The notes: a model not told the origin generated them from the sequence alone. A DNA stretch of 55,154 nucleotides from Thermodesulfovibrionales bacterium (GCA_030682405.1 JAUXOF010000060.1:1-55154), one strand, 5' to 3'; counted from the stretch's first letter, positions 17,290 through 27,900 are shown. Translations and numbers: made by a program.

Positions 17290-18819
17290 TTAGAAATGCC
17301 CCCTGTCAAGCGTCCTGTACTGTATCGCCTCTGAGACGTGGTGTGAGAGTATCTCCTCTCCTCCGTCCATGTCCGAGATGGTTCTTGAGACCTTCAGTAT
17401 CCTCGTATACGCCCTTGCCGAAAGGGCAAGCTTCTCTATGGCGGTCTCAAGGAGGCTATGGGCTTGGGGCCCGAGCCTACAGTGCTTTTTCATGTGCCGG
17501 GTCTTCATCCGGCCGTTTGAGTAGATTTTGTCGGCATTGAACCTCTCCTGCTGCCTCTGCCTCGCCTTAAGCACCCTGCCTCTTATGTCGCTTGATTTCT
17601 CTCCGGTATAGTCGGTTGAAAGCTCTTTATAGGGCACGGCAGGCACCTCGATGTGTATGTCTATCCTGTCAAGGAGCGGGCCGGAAACCCTTTTTCTGTA
17701 CCTGTGTATCTGGCTTGCCGTGCATGTGCACTGGTGCCTTCCGTCCCCGTAATACCCGCAGGGGCAGGGGTTCATGGCGGCAATCAGCATGAAGCCCGCC
17801 GGGTATGTCGCAGAGGCCGCCGCCCTTGAGACCATCACCTCGCCGACCTCTATGGGCTGGCGGAGCACCTCAAGCGCGCCTCTTTTGAACTCCGGGAGTT
17901 CGTCGAGGAAGAGCACCCCGTTATGCGCAAGGCTCACCTCTCCGGGCTTTGGCGTCTGGCCGCCGCCTATGAGGGCGACGTCCGAGATTGTATGGTGGGG
18001 GGAGCGGAACGGCCTTGTGGCAAGAAGGGGCTGCCGGTCCCTGAGGATACCCATGATGCTGTGTATCCTCGTGGTCTCTATGGCCTCGTCAAACGTCATC
18101 GGCGGAAGTATCGTGGCAAGCCTTCTTGAGAGCATGGTCTTGCCGGAGCCGGGCGGCCCTATCATGAGGACATTGTGCCCGCCTGAGGCCGCAACCTCAA
18201 GCGCCCTCTTTGCGTGCTCCTGACCCTTTACGTCCGAGAAGTCCTCCTCGTACACCGAGTTCTCGGACATCACGCCGCTGAGGTCTACGCTCGTCAGGGG
18301 CAGGGCGGATTTTCCGTTTAAAAAATCTATCACATCCGAAAGGCTCTCCGCTCCGCAAACCGGGACCCCCTCCACAACCGCGGCCTCCGGCGCATTTTCC
18401 GCAGGCAGGACTACCTTCAGCCCGAGCTGCCTTGCGAGAAGCGCAATAGAAAGCCCTCCGCGTATCGGCTTTATCCTTCCGTCAAGCGACAGCTCGCCGG
18501 TGAAAAGAAACCCCTCTGAGGAGCCGGGCGCAAGCACACCTTCGGCTGAAAGAATCCCTATTGCTATGGGCAGGTCAAAGGCAGAGCCTTCCTTTTTGAG
18601 GTCCGCGGGCGCAAGGTTTATGGTAACCGGCTTTAAGGGAAAGTTAAACCCTATGTTTTTGAGGCTGGCCCTCACCCTGTCCCTGCTCTCCTTGACCGCG
18701 GCATCCGGAAGCCCGACTATGGAGAAATGAGGAAGCCCCCTCGTAGCTATGTCAACCTCCACCTCGACCGGATGGGCGTCTATGCCTATCAGGCTTGCGC
18801 TTAGAACCTTTGAAAGCAT
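17290..18819 (-). CDS. comM: YifB/ComM Mg-chelatase-like AAA+ ATPase
   Basis: INLAPADLKKEG, GPPGSGKT, PFRSPHH, NPCPCG, LDRID. Confidence 0.95.
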   Translation of the reverse strand: MLSKVLSASLIGIDAHPVEVEVDIATRGLPHFSIVGLPDAAVKESRDRVRASLKNIGFNFPLKPVTINLAPADLKKEGSAFDLPIAIGILSAEGVLAPGSSEGFLFTGELSLDGRIKPIRGGLSIALLARQLGLKVVLPAENAPEAAVVEGVPVCGAESLSDVIDFLNGKSALPLTSVDLSGVMSENSVYEEDFSDVKGQEHAKRALEVAASGGHNVLMIGPPGSGKTMLSRRLATILPPMTFDEAIETTRIHSIMGILRDRQPLLATRPFRSPHHTISDVALIGGGQTPKPGEVSLAHNGVLFLDELPEFKRGALEVLRQPIEVGEVMVSRAAASATYPAGFMLIAAMNPCPCGYYGDGRHQCTCTASQIHRYRKRVSGPLLDRIDIHIEVPAVPYKELSTDYTGEKSSDIRGRVLKARQRQQERFNADKIYSNGRMKTRHMKKHCRLGPQAHSLLETAIEKLALSARAYTRILKVSRTISDMDGGEEILSHHVSEAIQYRTLDRGHF

Positions 18820-18874
18820 GATAGATTATATTGGCCGTGGCGGAGAAATGCAACCACCGGCCTGCCCTTTTCTG

Positions 18875-20248
18875 TCAAGCCTTCCCTTTTACCTCTTTGA
18901 TGGCCGCAAATATCTCGTCAAGGTTTTGGTATCTCCTGCCCCTGTCCTTTTCCATGCATTTAAGCACAATGCCGTCAAGCCACGCCGGGACATCCACGCC
19001 TGTCTCCGAGGGCTTTTTAACCCCTGCGTTATCAAGGCTTCCGGTCAGCATCTCAAACAGTATTACACCCATCGAATATATGTCCGCCCCGGCATCAGGG
19101 CTTTTTCCTGATACCGTCTCCGGCGCGCTGTAAGCGAAGTCTATGAGTTCCGCTCTCCCCAACCGCACATTATTGTTTGCATCTATGAAAACAGCGTCTG
19201 GCTCTATACGGCCCATGAATATCCCGTTTTTGTGGCTTAAGGCAAGGGACTTAAGAGCCTGCACCCACAGCCTCATTGCGTGCCGCGGCTCCAGCCTGCC
19301 CTGTTGGATTATGCCCCTTAGCGAGGTCTCTCTTTTGCACGGCTCCTCCAAAGGAACTTCGGGGGTCCGGGCAGTGGCCTTCTCCACTTGGACTTCACCG
19401 GCCTCTGCCTGAGCCCCGGGAGGAGAGATGGCCTCAAGCCTTGCTCCTGCGTCCCTGTAATCCGGGGCTACGGCTATAATCCCCTTAAGCGCCTTTGCCG
19501 CCTCTTCCGTCTTTCCTGCGGCCTCAAGCAGCAAGGCATAGGCATAGTACTTGTCCGCATTGGACACGTCCACCTTTTTTTCTCCGGCAAGGGAAAGCCT
19601 GTACATCTCAGCCGCCTCTTTGGGCATACCCTCCTCCTTAAGCAGATACGCGGCCCGTGCATAATTGCCCGCCTCCCTGTATTCCCCGACCGCTGCAAGC
19701 CTGTTCCCTGAGTCCTCAAGCGCCTCCGCAGCCTTCATACCGTTTCCAAGCCGCTTATAAAACCTTGCGGCCGCGGCATAGTCTCCCACCATGACCGCAG
19801 TCTCTGCGGCATTGCCGAGGTCGCCCGCCTTCTCATACATCTCCATTGCCATGGCCGGCCTTTCTATGGCCTTATACAGGGCCGCGGCCCTCATGAAATC
19901 CCTTCCCTTCTCATAGAGGACTGCCGCCTGTTCAAGGTTTTTCAGTTTCTCATAGAGTAGCCCTGCGGAGACGAACTCGCCTGCGGCCTCGTATTGCTTT
20001 GCCTCGCTTTTCATCTCCTCTATGAGGCCCTTTTGCCTGCTCTCGGCAACCGCCCTCAATGTCTTTCTGATGACAAAAAACGCAACAGGCGCCCCGACGA
20101 TTGCAATCACACCCCAGAGGAGAGCGGAAAGTCCCCCTGAGGCATCCACAGGCCCTGCCGGCGGAGAGGGCATGAGAGGCTCCCCGGCAAAAATACTCAA
20201 TGCCCCGGCAGAAAGGGCGTAAAAGAATTTAAGGAGATGCATCTGCAT
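18875..20248 (-). CDS. Membrane-anchored helical-repeat protein with a degenerate Ser/Thr kinase C-lobe
   Basis: Signal peptide and TM helix, AAxLYEKAG repeats, YSAPE and DIYSMGVILFEMLTG; no HRD, DFG or Gly loop. Confidence 0.75.
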   Translation of the reverse strand: MQMHLLKFFYALSAGALSIFAGEPLMPSPPAGPVDASGGLSALLWGVIAIVGAPVAFFVIRKTLRAVAESRQKGLIEEMKSEAKQYEAAGEFVSAGLLYEKLKNLEQAAVLYEKGRDFMRAAALYKAIERPAMAMEMYEKAGDLGNAAETAVMVGDYAAAARFYKRLGNGMKAAEALEDSGNRLAAVGEYREAGNYARAAYLLKEEGMPKEAAEMYRLSLAGEKKVDVSNADKYYAYALLLEAAGKTEEAAKALKGIIAVAPDYRDAGARLEAISPPGAQAEAGEVQVEKATARTPEVPLEEPCKRETSLRGIIQQGRLEPRHAMRLWVQALKSLALSHKNGIFMGRIEPDAVFIDANNNVRLGRAELIDFAYSAPETVSGKSPDAGADIYSMGVILFEMLTGSLDNAGVKKPSETGVDVPAWLDGIVLKCMEKDRGRRYQNLDEIFAAIKEVKGKA

Positions 20249-20327
20249 GGTTGATTATATTTTGCAGGGAAAGGCAAATGCAAGGAAGCGCTTATTCAGG
20301 GGGGCTATGCAGAACCGGCAGACCGGT

Positions 20328-21293
20328 CTACGCATTTGGATGCGGCTTGGGGGATGCCTCGATATAAAAAAGAGGGCCCCTTGCGCCAATGAGCTTCAGG
20401 AGAAGCCAGAGGGGGAAGCTCAAGGCCATTACGAGGGCCATCTTTACCCTCCGCCTTTTGAGGAGTTCTTGCTCTTTCTCCGGGCTTGCCTCTTGCTTGG
20501 CCGCCTCTCCGCCCTTTCCCCTCATTGTGAGAAACGGCGCAAACTTGAGGGCATACTTATAGACAAGCCCGCGCATGTCCTGAAGAGGAAAGTTCTCCAC
20601 CTTGCACCGCCTGATATAAAACCCGTTGCGGTCAAGGAAATGCTCTACTGCCTTAAGCGACCACCTTGTCAGGTGGTGGGGGGGGTAATCTACCGACTCG
20701 CCCAGTATGTCCGGCCATCTATCTCTGAAGGGGAGCAATATCACCACGACAGAATCCCTATGCAGGAGCTCATGTATCTGCGACATCACTTCGTTTGGGT
20801 TTTCCAGATGTTCAAGGATATGGAACATCGTCACCACATGGAACTTCATATCCGGGAATTTTCTCCTGAGGCCCTCGCAGCTTGTCGCATAGAGGGTGTC
20901 CAGCTTGAAATGCTCCCTTCCCCTTTCAATGGCCCTCTCGCTAAAGTCAATCCCGTATGCATTAAACCCCAAGTCGGATGCCTTTTTCACGAAGAAGCCT
21001 GTCCCGCACCCTATATCGAGGAGGTTGCCTTTGCCTATGGGGTGATGCTTCAGGAACTCGTTTATGTCCCAGCGAAAGTCCCACTCGAGGGAATCCACTA
21101 CGACCGCATCCCTCAGGGCGTAATCCGCATCGGTAGAGTAAAATGCCTTGTCAGTCATCATCGGGTCGGCAAACACAAGGTCGCAGGCTTCGCAGAGATA
21201 CAGAGTGTAGTCCTTGTAGGTCTCTATGAATCTTTTCTTTTGCCCCAAGCACACGGGGCACCGGGCTTTATCGGGCGCACTCCCCACCGCCAT
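20328..21293 (-). CDS. Class I SAM-dependent methyltransferase with N-terminal Zn ribbon
   Basis: CPVC...CEAC, LDIGCGTG, HILEHL, PPHHL. Confidence 0.9.
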   Translation of the reverse strand: MAVGSAPDKARCPVCLGQKKRFIETYKDYTLYLCEACDLVFADPMMTDKAFYSTDADYALRDAVVVDSLEWDFRWDINEFLKHHPIGKGNLLDIGCGTGFFVKKASDLGFNAYGIDFSERAIERGREHFKLDTLYATSCEGLRRKFPDMKFHVVTMFHILEHLENPNEVMSQIHELLHRDSVVVILLPFRDRWPDILGESVDYPPHHLTRWSLKAVEHFLDRNGFYIRRCKVENFPLQDMRGLVYKYALKFAPFLTMRGKGGEAAKQEASPEKEQELLKRRRVKMALVMALSFPLWLLLKLIGARGPLFYIEASPKPHPNA

Positions 21294-21410
21294 AGCCTCA
21301 ACTATAGCAAGTCTAATTATTTCTTGTCAAACACGCGCGTAATTAAGGGTTAGACTAAAGTTCTCTTTTCCACGCTTTCTTTTTTTAGTCCGAATTTATA
21401 TAATAATCTG

Positions 21411-21782
21411 ATGCTTGTCGGATATAATACGAATATCACGCACAAGGGCATGACTTACCATGTCCAGACCGAAGACAGCGGCCCGAAAAATCCGGTTATC
21501 ATCACGCTGCTTTATCAGAGAGGGGCGATACTTGCGTCAAAAAAGACCAGCTATGCGAACCTGCTTGAAGACGCCGACCTGAAGCAGAAGATAGAGGCCC
21601 TGATGAAAAACCAGCATAAGGGCATGATAAAGGAGTTGACATCCGGCCGGTATACCGGGACACAGGAGGCGCAGGCCGAAGACGAACCCGAGCAGGTCGG
21701 GGCATCTCTCAGGCAGCCGGAAAGAAGCCTCGACGACATACTCATAGACTTCATAATCGGGAAGGAGAAAACAGCGCGGTGA
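21411..21782 (+). CDS. Conserved-looking hypothetical protein at the head of the ftsEX operon
   Basis: GYNTNI...YHVQTED N-terminus; overlaps the ftsE start by 4 bp. Confidence 0.75.
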   Translation: MLVGYNTNITHKGMTYHVQTEDSGPKNPVIITLLYQRGAILASKKTSYANLLEDADLKQKIEALMKNQHKGMIKELTSGRYTGTQEAQAEDEPEQVGASLRQPERSLDDILIDFIIGKEKTAR

Positions 21783-22438
21783 TAGAGTTTCACGGCGTCA
21801 CAAAGGCATACGAAAACTCCACCGCCCTCCGGAACCTCAGCTTCTTAATCGAAAAAGGCGAGATGGTCTTCATAACCGGGCCGAGCGGCGCGGGGAAATC
21901 CACAATGCTTAAGCTCATGTACATGGCCGAAAGGCCCGACGAGGGCAGAATCGTAATCAACGGCACGGAGATTGAGACCCTTGGGGATTCCGACATCCCG
22001 TATCTCAGGAGGAACATCGGTGTCGTATTCCAGGACTTCCGCCTCCTCCCAAGGAAAACCGCGTTTGACAACGTTGCCCTTGCCCTGAGGATACGGGGCA
22101 TGGGGGAAAGCGACATTAAACCCCTCGTAAACGAGACCCTGAAGATGGTCAACCTGAGGCACAAGACCGACAGCCTGCCGGCTGCATTGTCCGGCGGGGA
22201 ACAGCAGAGGGTCGTTATCGCGCGGGCCATTGTTTCGGAGCCTGCCATAGTGCTTGCCGACGAGCCCACAGGCAACCTTGACCCGGACACGTCATCCGGA
22301 ATCATGAGGATACTCAAAGAGATAAATGCGCGGGGCACCACCATAGTGATAGCCACTCACAACAGGGAACTGCTTAAGGACACAGGCAGAAGAATTCTCA
22401 GGCTTGACGGCGGCAACCTGCTTGAAAGGGGTGACTGA
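21779..22438 (+). CDS. ftsE: Cell division ATP-binding protein FtsE
   Basis: GPSGAGKS, VFQDFRLL, LSGGEQQR, ADEPTGNLD. Confidence 0.95.
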   Translation: MIEFHGVTKAYENSTALRNLSFLIEKGEMVFITGPSGAGKSTMLKLMYMAERPDEGRIVINGTEIETLGDSDIPYLRRNIGVVFQDFRLLPRKTAFDNVALALRIRGMGESDIKPLVNETLKMVNLRHKTDSLPAALSGGEQQRVVIARAIVSEPAIVLADEPTGNLDPDTSSGIMRILKEINARGTTIVIATHNRELLKDTGRRILRLDGGNLLERGD

Positions 22439-23318
22439 CAGAATGTCTGCGCCATATACGTTTAAGCTCGCCATGGACAGCCTCTGGAAGGAAAAATGGA
22501 TAAACCTGCTTTCCGCCCTGACCATTGCCACCGGCCTGCTGCTGATGGCTGTGGCATTGTCCGTGCTTTATAACATTCAGATTGCCACGCGAAAGCTGCC
22601 GGAGAGGTTCGTCATCACGGTTTTTCTCAAGGAAGGGCTCACCGAAGAAAAGATACGGGATGCGGTAAGCGGCATAAAAGCGAACCCGAAGGTAAAAAGC
22701 GCAAAATACATCTCCAAAGACGCGGCCATGAAGGAGCTGAAGGCCCTCATGAAGGATTCCGACTATATCCTTGAGGGCCTTGATGAAAACCCCCTTCCCG
22801 CATCGGTCGAGGTGGGCATTAACAAGGAAGCCGTCTCCGAACCGTCCGTGAGGGCCTTTTCGGACGAGTTGAGGGCCATAGAGGGGATAGAGGACGTCTC
22901 CTACGGGGAGAAGCTCCTTTCCTCCATACAGGCCATAAAGAGCGGGGCGGAAGGCATAGGCGCACTGGTCATAATCATCCTTTCGGCAGGCATCACATTC
23001 GTCTGCTACAGCACCGTGAAAATACTTTTCTACAGGAAAAAAGACGAGATAGAGACACTGCAGCTGCTGGGCGCGACAAAGGGATTCATAAGGGCGCCGT
23101 TCGTCCTTGAGGGGGGGCTAATCGGCCTTGCAGGCGGGCTTGCGGCGCTATCAGGCATTGCAGGGCTTAAGTACCTTATAAGCATAAAGCTCGCCTCTCT
23201 CGTGCCGGTACTGCAGTCATTCGCCTACCCATCGGCCGTAGCCGTTTACCTCCCTGTCGCCGGCCTTTTCGTGGGGCTTCTCGGCGCCCTGATAGCTATC
23301 GGCAGGCTGAGGTTTTAA
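22431..23318 (+). CDS. ftsX: Cell division permease FtsX
   Basis: ENPLPAS, EIETLQLLGAT...IRAPF; follows ftsE. Start approximate. Confidence 0.93.
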   Translation: MTDRMSAPYTFKLAMDSLWKEKWINLLSALTIATGLLLMAVALSVLYNIQIATRKLPERFVITVFLKEGLTEEKIRDAVSGIKANPKVKSAKYISKDAAMKELKALMKDSDYILEGLDENPLPASVEVGINKEAVSEPSVRAFSDELRAIEGIEDVSYGEKLLSSIQAIKSGAEGIGALVIIILSAGITFVCYSTVKILFYRKKDEIETLQLLGATKGFIRAPFVLEGGLIGLAGGLAALSGIAGLKYLISIKLASLVPVLQSFAYPSAVAVYLPVAGLFVGLLGALIAIGRLRF

Positions 23319-23324
23319 CCGGGG

Positions 23325-24485
23325 ATGCCCCCTCTTGCCTTGCGCAGAAAACTTTCCATGCGGCTTTTCGTGCTTAGCATCCTTTTTGCCGCGCTTCTGC
23401 CGTCATCTCCGGCATCCGCAGAGGATGCCAAACAGGAATTAAAAGAACTCCAGCAAAAGATACAGACACAAAAGAAAAAACTCATCAAGATAGAGAAATT
23501 AGAAAGCTCCGTCCTCAGCGACCTTGAAAAGACAAACTCCGAAATCATGGGCGTTGAAAACAACCTCAGGAAACAAAGGTCCCTGCTTGCGGAGACGGAA
23601 AAGAAAACCTCCGCTGTAAAGGGCGAGGTCTCGGTCTTAGAGGCAAGGCTCGGCAAGCGGAAGGACTGGATGAAGAGAAAGCTCCGGGCAGTATACAGGT
23701 ATGGGAGGGTCGGGGACGTTATCCTCCTTGTCAACTCCGCGGAAAACATCTCCCAGCTCATGAGAAGGCTTGAGTATCTCCAGAGGCTGGCAAAATATGA
23801 GAATAAGATAATCGAGGGTTTTAAGGCCGACCTAAGCGCGCTGACCGACAAGCAGAAGTCCCTCGACAGCCTTTATGCCAAGCTGAGAAGGCAGGAGGCA
23901 GGCATCAAAAAGACTGCCGAAACCCTTTCCATAAAAAAGACCCAGAAAGAAGACATCCTTGCCTCTGCCAAAAGGGAAAAGGCATCTTACGAGCAGTTGA
24001 TAAATGAGATGGAGGCGGCCTCCGAAAGGCTCATTGATGTTATCAGGAAATCAGAGGAGTCCGAGGTCCTGAGCGGCGATTTCCGCTTGCAGAAAGGGAA
24101 ACTCGGGTGGCCCGTCAAAGGCTCGCTGGCCATACCCTACGGCAGGCAGAAAGACTCCCAGTTCGATACAACGATATTCAGAAACGGCATTTACATAAGC
24201 ACGGCCGCAGGGGCCTCGGCAAAGTCCATATACAGCGGCAAGGTGGTCTTTGCCGAGTGGTTCAAGGGCTACGGCCAGCTCGTCATAGTAAACCACGGGG
24301 ACGGATACCACAGCCTCTATGCAAATCTATCCGAGATTTTTTTGAGCGTTGGAGATATAATAAAAGAAGATACGGATATCGGCAGGGTCGGAGAGTCGGT
24401 CATGCTCAACACCCCGTCGCTTTATTTCGAAATAAGATACAAGGGCAAACCCCTCGACCCTGCTCAGTGGCTCGGAAAGAGATAG
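23325..24485 (+). CDS. envC: Murein hydrolase activator EnvC (coiled coil + degenerate M23)
   Basis: Signal peptide, long coiled coil, WPVKG, GYGQLVIVNH, LYFEIR. Confidence 0.9.
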   Translation: MPPLALRRKLSMRLFVLSILFAALLPSSPASAEDAKQELKELQQKIQTQKKKLIKIEKLESSVLSDLEKTNSEIMGVENNLRKQRSLLAETEKKTSAVKGEVSVLEARLGKRKDWMKRKLRAVYRYGRVGDVILLVNSAENISQLMRRLEYLQRLAKYENKIIEGFKADLSALTDKQKSLDSLYAKLRRQEAGIKKTAETLSIKKTQKEDILASAKREKASYEQLINEMEAASERLIDVIRKSEESEVLSGDFRLQKGKLGWPVKGSLAIPYGRQKDSQFDTTIFRNGIYISTAAGASAKSIYSGKVVFAEWFKGYGQLVIVNHGDGYHSLYANLSEIFLSVGDIIKEDTDIGRVGESVMLNTPSLYFEIRYKGKPLDPAQWLGKR

Positions 24486-24501
24486 GCCCGGAGGTTAAAA
24501 A

Positions 24502-25800
24502 ATGCTCGGACACGGAAAAAAGCTCTTAGCCTTAACCCTGATATTGGCCATTGCGGCAACCGCGCTCTTCGTCGGCAGGTGGACGAATGCCGGCGCAGAG
24601 GCCGAATCGTACGAAGGGCTTAAGATATTCACGGAAGTCCTCTCCGTCGTCAAGCGCAACTATGTGGAGACTGCGGACACAAAGACGCTCATTTACAGCG
24701 CCATAAGAGGCATGCTCAGCTCGCTTGACCCTCACTCAGGCTTCCTCACTCAGGAGGACTACAAGGAGATGCAGGTTGACACCAAGGGCGAGTTCGGCGG
24801 CCTCGGCATCCAGATTGCAATTAAAAACGGGGTGCTCATGGTCATATCCCCGATAGAGGACACGCCCGCATGGGAGGCGGGCATTCAGGCCGGAGACAGG
24901 ATAATCAAGATAAACGGAGAGCAGACAAAGGATATGGGCCTCAACGACGCAGTCCGCAAAATGAGGGGGCCCAAGGGGACACCGGTGACCATCTCGGTGT
25001 TCAGGGAAGGGTGGAAGGAGTTGAAGGACTTTACCATCGTAAGGGACATCATAAAGATAAAGAGCGTAAAGTCCAAGGTGCTTGAGGGGAACATAGCATA
25101 TGTGAGGGTTATGCAGTTCCAGGAGGGAACCGCAGAGGAACTTGCCGGAGCCCTCAAAAAAATCTCGGCTGAGAACACTACATCCATAATCCTTGACCTC
25201 AGGAACAATCCAGGAGGTCTCCTACAGAGCGCGATTGACGTGACCGGACAGTTTATCCCGCCGGGCAAGCTCGTTGTCTACTTAAAGGGGCGGGTAGGAG
25301 ACAGGGTGGACTACAAAACAGGCGGAACCCGCCCGGTTTACTCCGACCCTATGGTAGTGCTCGTCAACCAGGGAAGCGCAAGCGCCTCGGAAATCGTGGC
25401 CGGAGCCCTCAAGGACTGGAACAGGGCAGTTATCCTCGGCATGCAGACCTTCGGAAAGGGCTCCGTGCAGAGCGTAATCCCGCTCAGCGACGGCGCCGGA
25501 TTGAGGCTGACCACCGCAAGGTACTATACGCCTAAGGGCACTTCCATCCAGACAACAGGCATTACACCCGACATCGCGGTGAAGATAGAGCCTAAAAACG
25601 GCCAGAAAGAGCATGTCATCATGAGGGAAAAAGACCTCGAAAGACATCTTGTAAACGAAAAGACCGGAGAGCCTGATGACAAAGAGGAGGCTGAAAAAGC
25701 CGTTATGTCCGAAGTCGAGGGAAAGGACGACACGCAGCTTCAGAGGGCCATAGACCTCCTTAAGACATGGCATGTCTTTAAAGAGCTTTCCAATAAATAA
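24502..25800 (+). CDS. ctpA: S41 carboxyl-terminal processing protease
   Basis: LDPHS, PDZ domain, DLRNNPGG, SASASEI, TFGKGSVQ. Confidence 0.95.
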   Translation: MLGHGKKLLALTLILAIAATALFVGRWTNAGAEAESYEGLKIFTEVLSVVKRNYVETADTKTLIYSAIRGMLSSLDPHSGFLTQEDYKEMQVDTKGEFGGLGIQIAIKNGVLMVISPIEDTPAWEAGIQAGDRIIKINGEQTKDMGLNDAVRKMRGPKGTPVTISVFREGWKELKDFTIVRDIIKIKSVKSKVLEGNIAYVRVMQFQEGTAEELAGALKKISAENTTSIILDLRNNPGGLLQSAIDVTGQFIPPGKLVVYLKGRVGDRVDYKTGGTRPVYSDPMVVLVNQGSASASEIVAGALKDWNRAVILGMQTFGKGSVQSVIPLSDGAGLRLTTARYYTPKGTSIQTTGITPDIAVKIEPKNGQKEHVIMREKDLERHLVNEKTGEPDDKEEAEKAVMSEVEGKDDTQLQRAIDLLKTWHVFKELSNK

Positions 25801-25801
25801 C

Positions 25802-26467
25802 GTGTCGAGAATTATTTTTGACATAGAGACAGTGGGCAAGGACTTCGAGCAGCTCGACGAGGCAACACAGGACTATCTCCTTAAATACGCAGAGAGCGAA
25901 GACGAAAGACAGGCGGTCAGGGACAGTCTGTCGTTCTATCCCCTCACAGGCGAGATAGTCGCCATAGGGATGCTGAACCCTGATACGATGAAGGGCGCCG
26001 TCTACTTTCAGGCCTCAGGCGACCTGATGCTGCCCTTCGAGGAAGAGGGCATAAGGTATGAAAGCGGCTCTGAAAAAGACATAATCGTTAAGTTCTGGGG
26101 CTCTGTCAAGGGGTATGAAGAATTCGTGACATTCAACGGCAGGGCGTTTGACTGTCCGTTCATACTCATCCGCTCCGCCATCCACAAGGTAAAGCCCACG
26201 AGAGACCTCATGCCGAACAGGTACAAAGACCAGCATATAGACCTCCTTGACCGGCTGACGTTCTTCGGAGCCTCAAGGAGGAAGTTCAGCCTTGACATGT
26301 GGTGCAGGACATTCGGGATTAAAAGCCCCAAGACGGACATCACGGGCTATGAGGTAAAAGACGTCTTCAAGGCGGGCAGGTATGCGGACATCGCAAGGTA
26401 CTGCGCAGGAGACCTCAGGGCCACAAAAGAGTTGCTGGATTGCTGGGAAAATTACATCAAGGCTTGA
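25802..26467 (+). CDS. PolB-like 3'-5' exonuclease (RNase H fold)
   Basis: FDIET, TFNGRAFD, YCAGD DEDDy motifs; probable GTG start at 25802. Confidence 0.88.
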   Translation: MSRIIFDIETVGKDFEQLDEATQDYLLKYAESEDERQAVRDSLSFYPLTGEIVAIGMLNPDTMKGAVYFQASGDLMLPFEEEGIRYESGSEKDIIVKFWGSVKGYEEFVTFNGRAFDCPFILIRSAIHKVKPTRDLMPNRYKDQHIDLLDRLTFFGASRRKFSLDMWCRTFGIKSPKTDITGYEVKDVFKAGRYADIARYCAGDLRATKELLDCWENYIKA

Positions 26468-26479
26468 CCAAAAGCGCAA

Positions 26480-26701
26480 TTACCCGCCCGTGTTCTTCTG
26501 CCTGACCTCAAGGCCAAGTCCCCTAAGCGCAAGGATTATCTTTTCCTCTTGGACCTCCACGGGGTCGTACTCCACATGCACAATGTTTTCCGCGTAATCC
26601 ACATCTGCCTTCAAAACACCGTCCATATTGCCGAGCACTGTCTCAATGTCCGTGGCGCAGCCAGCGCACGTAATCCCCTCCACGGTAAAATCAAGCGTCA
26701 T
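26480..26701 (-). CDS. Heavy-metal-associated (CopZ-like) chaperone
   Basis: GITCAGC HMA motif; start ATG 26701 overlaps the upstream stop. Confidence 0.88.
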   Translation of the reverse strand: MTLDFTVEGITCAGCATDIETVLGNMDGVLKADVDYAENIVHVEYDPVEVQEEKIILALRGLGLEVRQKNTGG

Positions 26702-27150
26702 CTTTCGTTGCCAGAACCAAGCCTGCTGAGTATAAACCCAAGACACTTGTTGACGGGGTGTGCCCTGCTTAAAAAAGAGAAGGCAGGCTTTCTCCTCGCC
26801 CCAAAACCGTTCAATTCATCTATAATCTCCTGATTTTGTCCCCGGCTTAAACCCTCCCTGAATGCCAGTATCGCATCCTCCTTTTGCCGTGCAAGAAGAT
26901 ACACCCTGCCCATGTTCAGGTACAGCGCCGTGTTGTCCGGCTCTTTCTCTATGGCCTCCCTGCAAAGTTCTATGGCTTTTTTAATCTGCCCCCGTTCCCG
27001 TGCGATGAAGTAGGCGAGGTAGGAATTATTGCGGGGGCAGGGGTCAATGCCTGAGGCCCGCTCGAAAAAACTGAGCGCAGACGGCAGATTCCCCTCCCTG
27101 AAGGCCTTTAACCCTTTGTCAAAAAGTTCTTCCGCTTCGCCGTCTTTCAT
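26698..27150 (-). CDS. Tetratricopeptide repeat protein
   Basis: TPR-like helices; YLNMGRVYL. Confidence 0.8.
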   Translation of the reverse strand: MKDGEAEELFDKGLKAFREGNLPSALSFFERASGIDPCPRNNSYLAYFIARERGQIKKAIELCREAIEKEPDNTALYLNMGRVYLLARQKEDAILAFREGLSRGQNQEIIDELNGFGARRKPAFSFLSRAHPVNKCLGFILSRLGSGNER

Positions 27151-27157
27151 CTTGAGG

Positions 27158-27808
27158 CTACTTCCCCTTGGGCACCTTCTCCCAGTCCTTGAGAAACTTC
27201 TCGATTCCTATATCCGTGAGCGGGTGTTTCGCAAGCTGAAGTATCACGGAATAGGGTATCGTTGCAACGTGAGCGCCCATCTTTGCCGAGGCGACCACAT
27301 GCAGGGGGTTTCTTATGCTCGCCACTATGACCGAAGTGTCAAAGGAATAGTTCTCGTATATGTCGAGAATGTCTGCTACGAGGTCCATGCCCGTATGGCT
27401 TATGTCGTCAAGCCTTCCCACAAAAGGGCTGACGTAAGTTGCGCCCGCCTTTGCCGCAAGCAGGGCCTGCGTGGGGGAGAATACAAGGGTCACGTTCGTC
27501 TTTATTCCCATGCCTGAAAGCGTCTTTACCGCCCTCAGCCCCTCCTCGGTCATCGGCACCTTGACAACTATATTCTTATGGATGGAGGCAAGGGACCCGG
27601 CCTCCTTCACCATCTCATCGGCCTTCATGCTTACCGCCTCTGCGCTTACCGGGCCGTCCACTGCGGAGCAGATTTCCCTTAAAAGCCCCACCGGCTCCCT
27701 GCCCTCTTTTGCAATGAGCGAGGGGTTTGTCGTCACACCGTCTATCACTCCGAGTTCCGCAGCCTTTTTAATCTCCTCGAGGTTTGCGGTGTCAATGAAA
27801 ATCTTCAT
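27158..27808 (-). CDS. fsa: Transaldolase / fructose-6-phosphate aldolase (TalC/Fsa)
   Basis: [25 protein letters not shown]. Confidence 0.95.
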   Translation of the reverse strand: MKIFIDTANLEEIKKAAELGVIDGVTTNPSLIAKEGREPVGLLREICSAVDGPVSAEAVSMKADEMVKEAGSLASIHKNIVVKVPMTEEGLRAVKTLSGMGIKTNVTLVFSPTQALLAAKAGATYVSPFVGRLDDISHTGMDLVADILDIYENYSFDTSVIVASIRNPLHVVASAKMGAHVATIPYSVILQLAKHPLTDIGIEKFLKDWEKVPKGK

Positions 27809-27900
27809 AAGGCGCCTCCTGAAATTATTTTAAGTGAATCTATTGCTAACGCGCTTTTTAGAGGAAACAATACATCCCCGAAGCCCGCTACGGGACAGGT

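Noticed and set aside
20247-21353. 368-aa plus-strand ORF
   Set aside because: Antisense shadow of the methyltransferase gene; no recognisable motifs.
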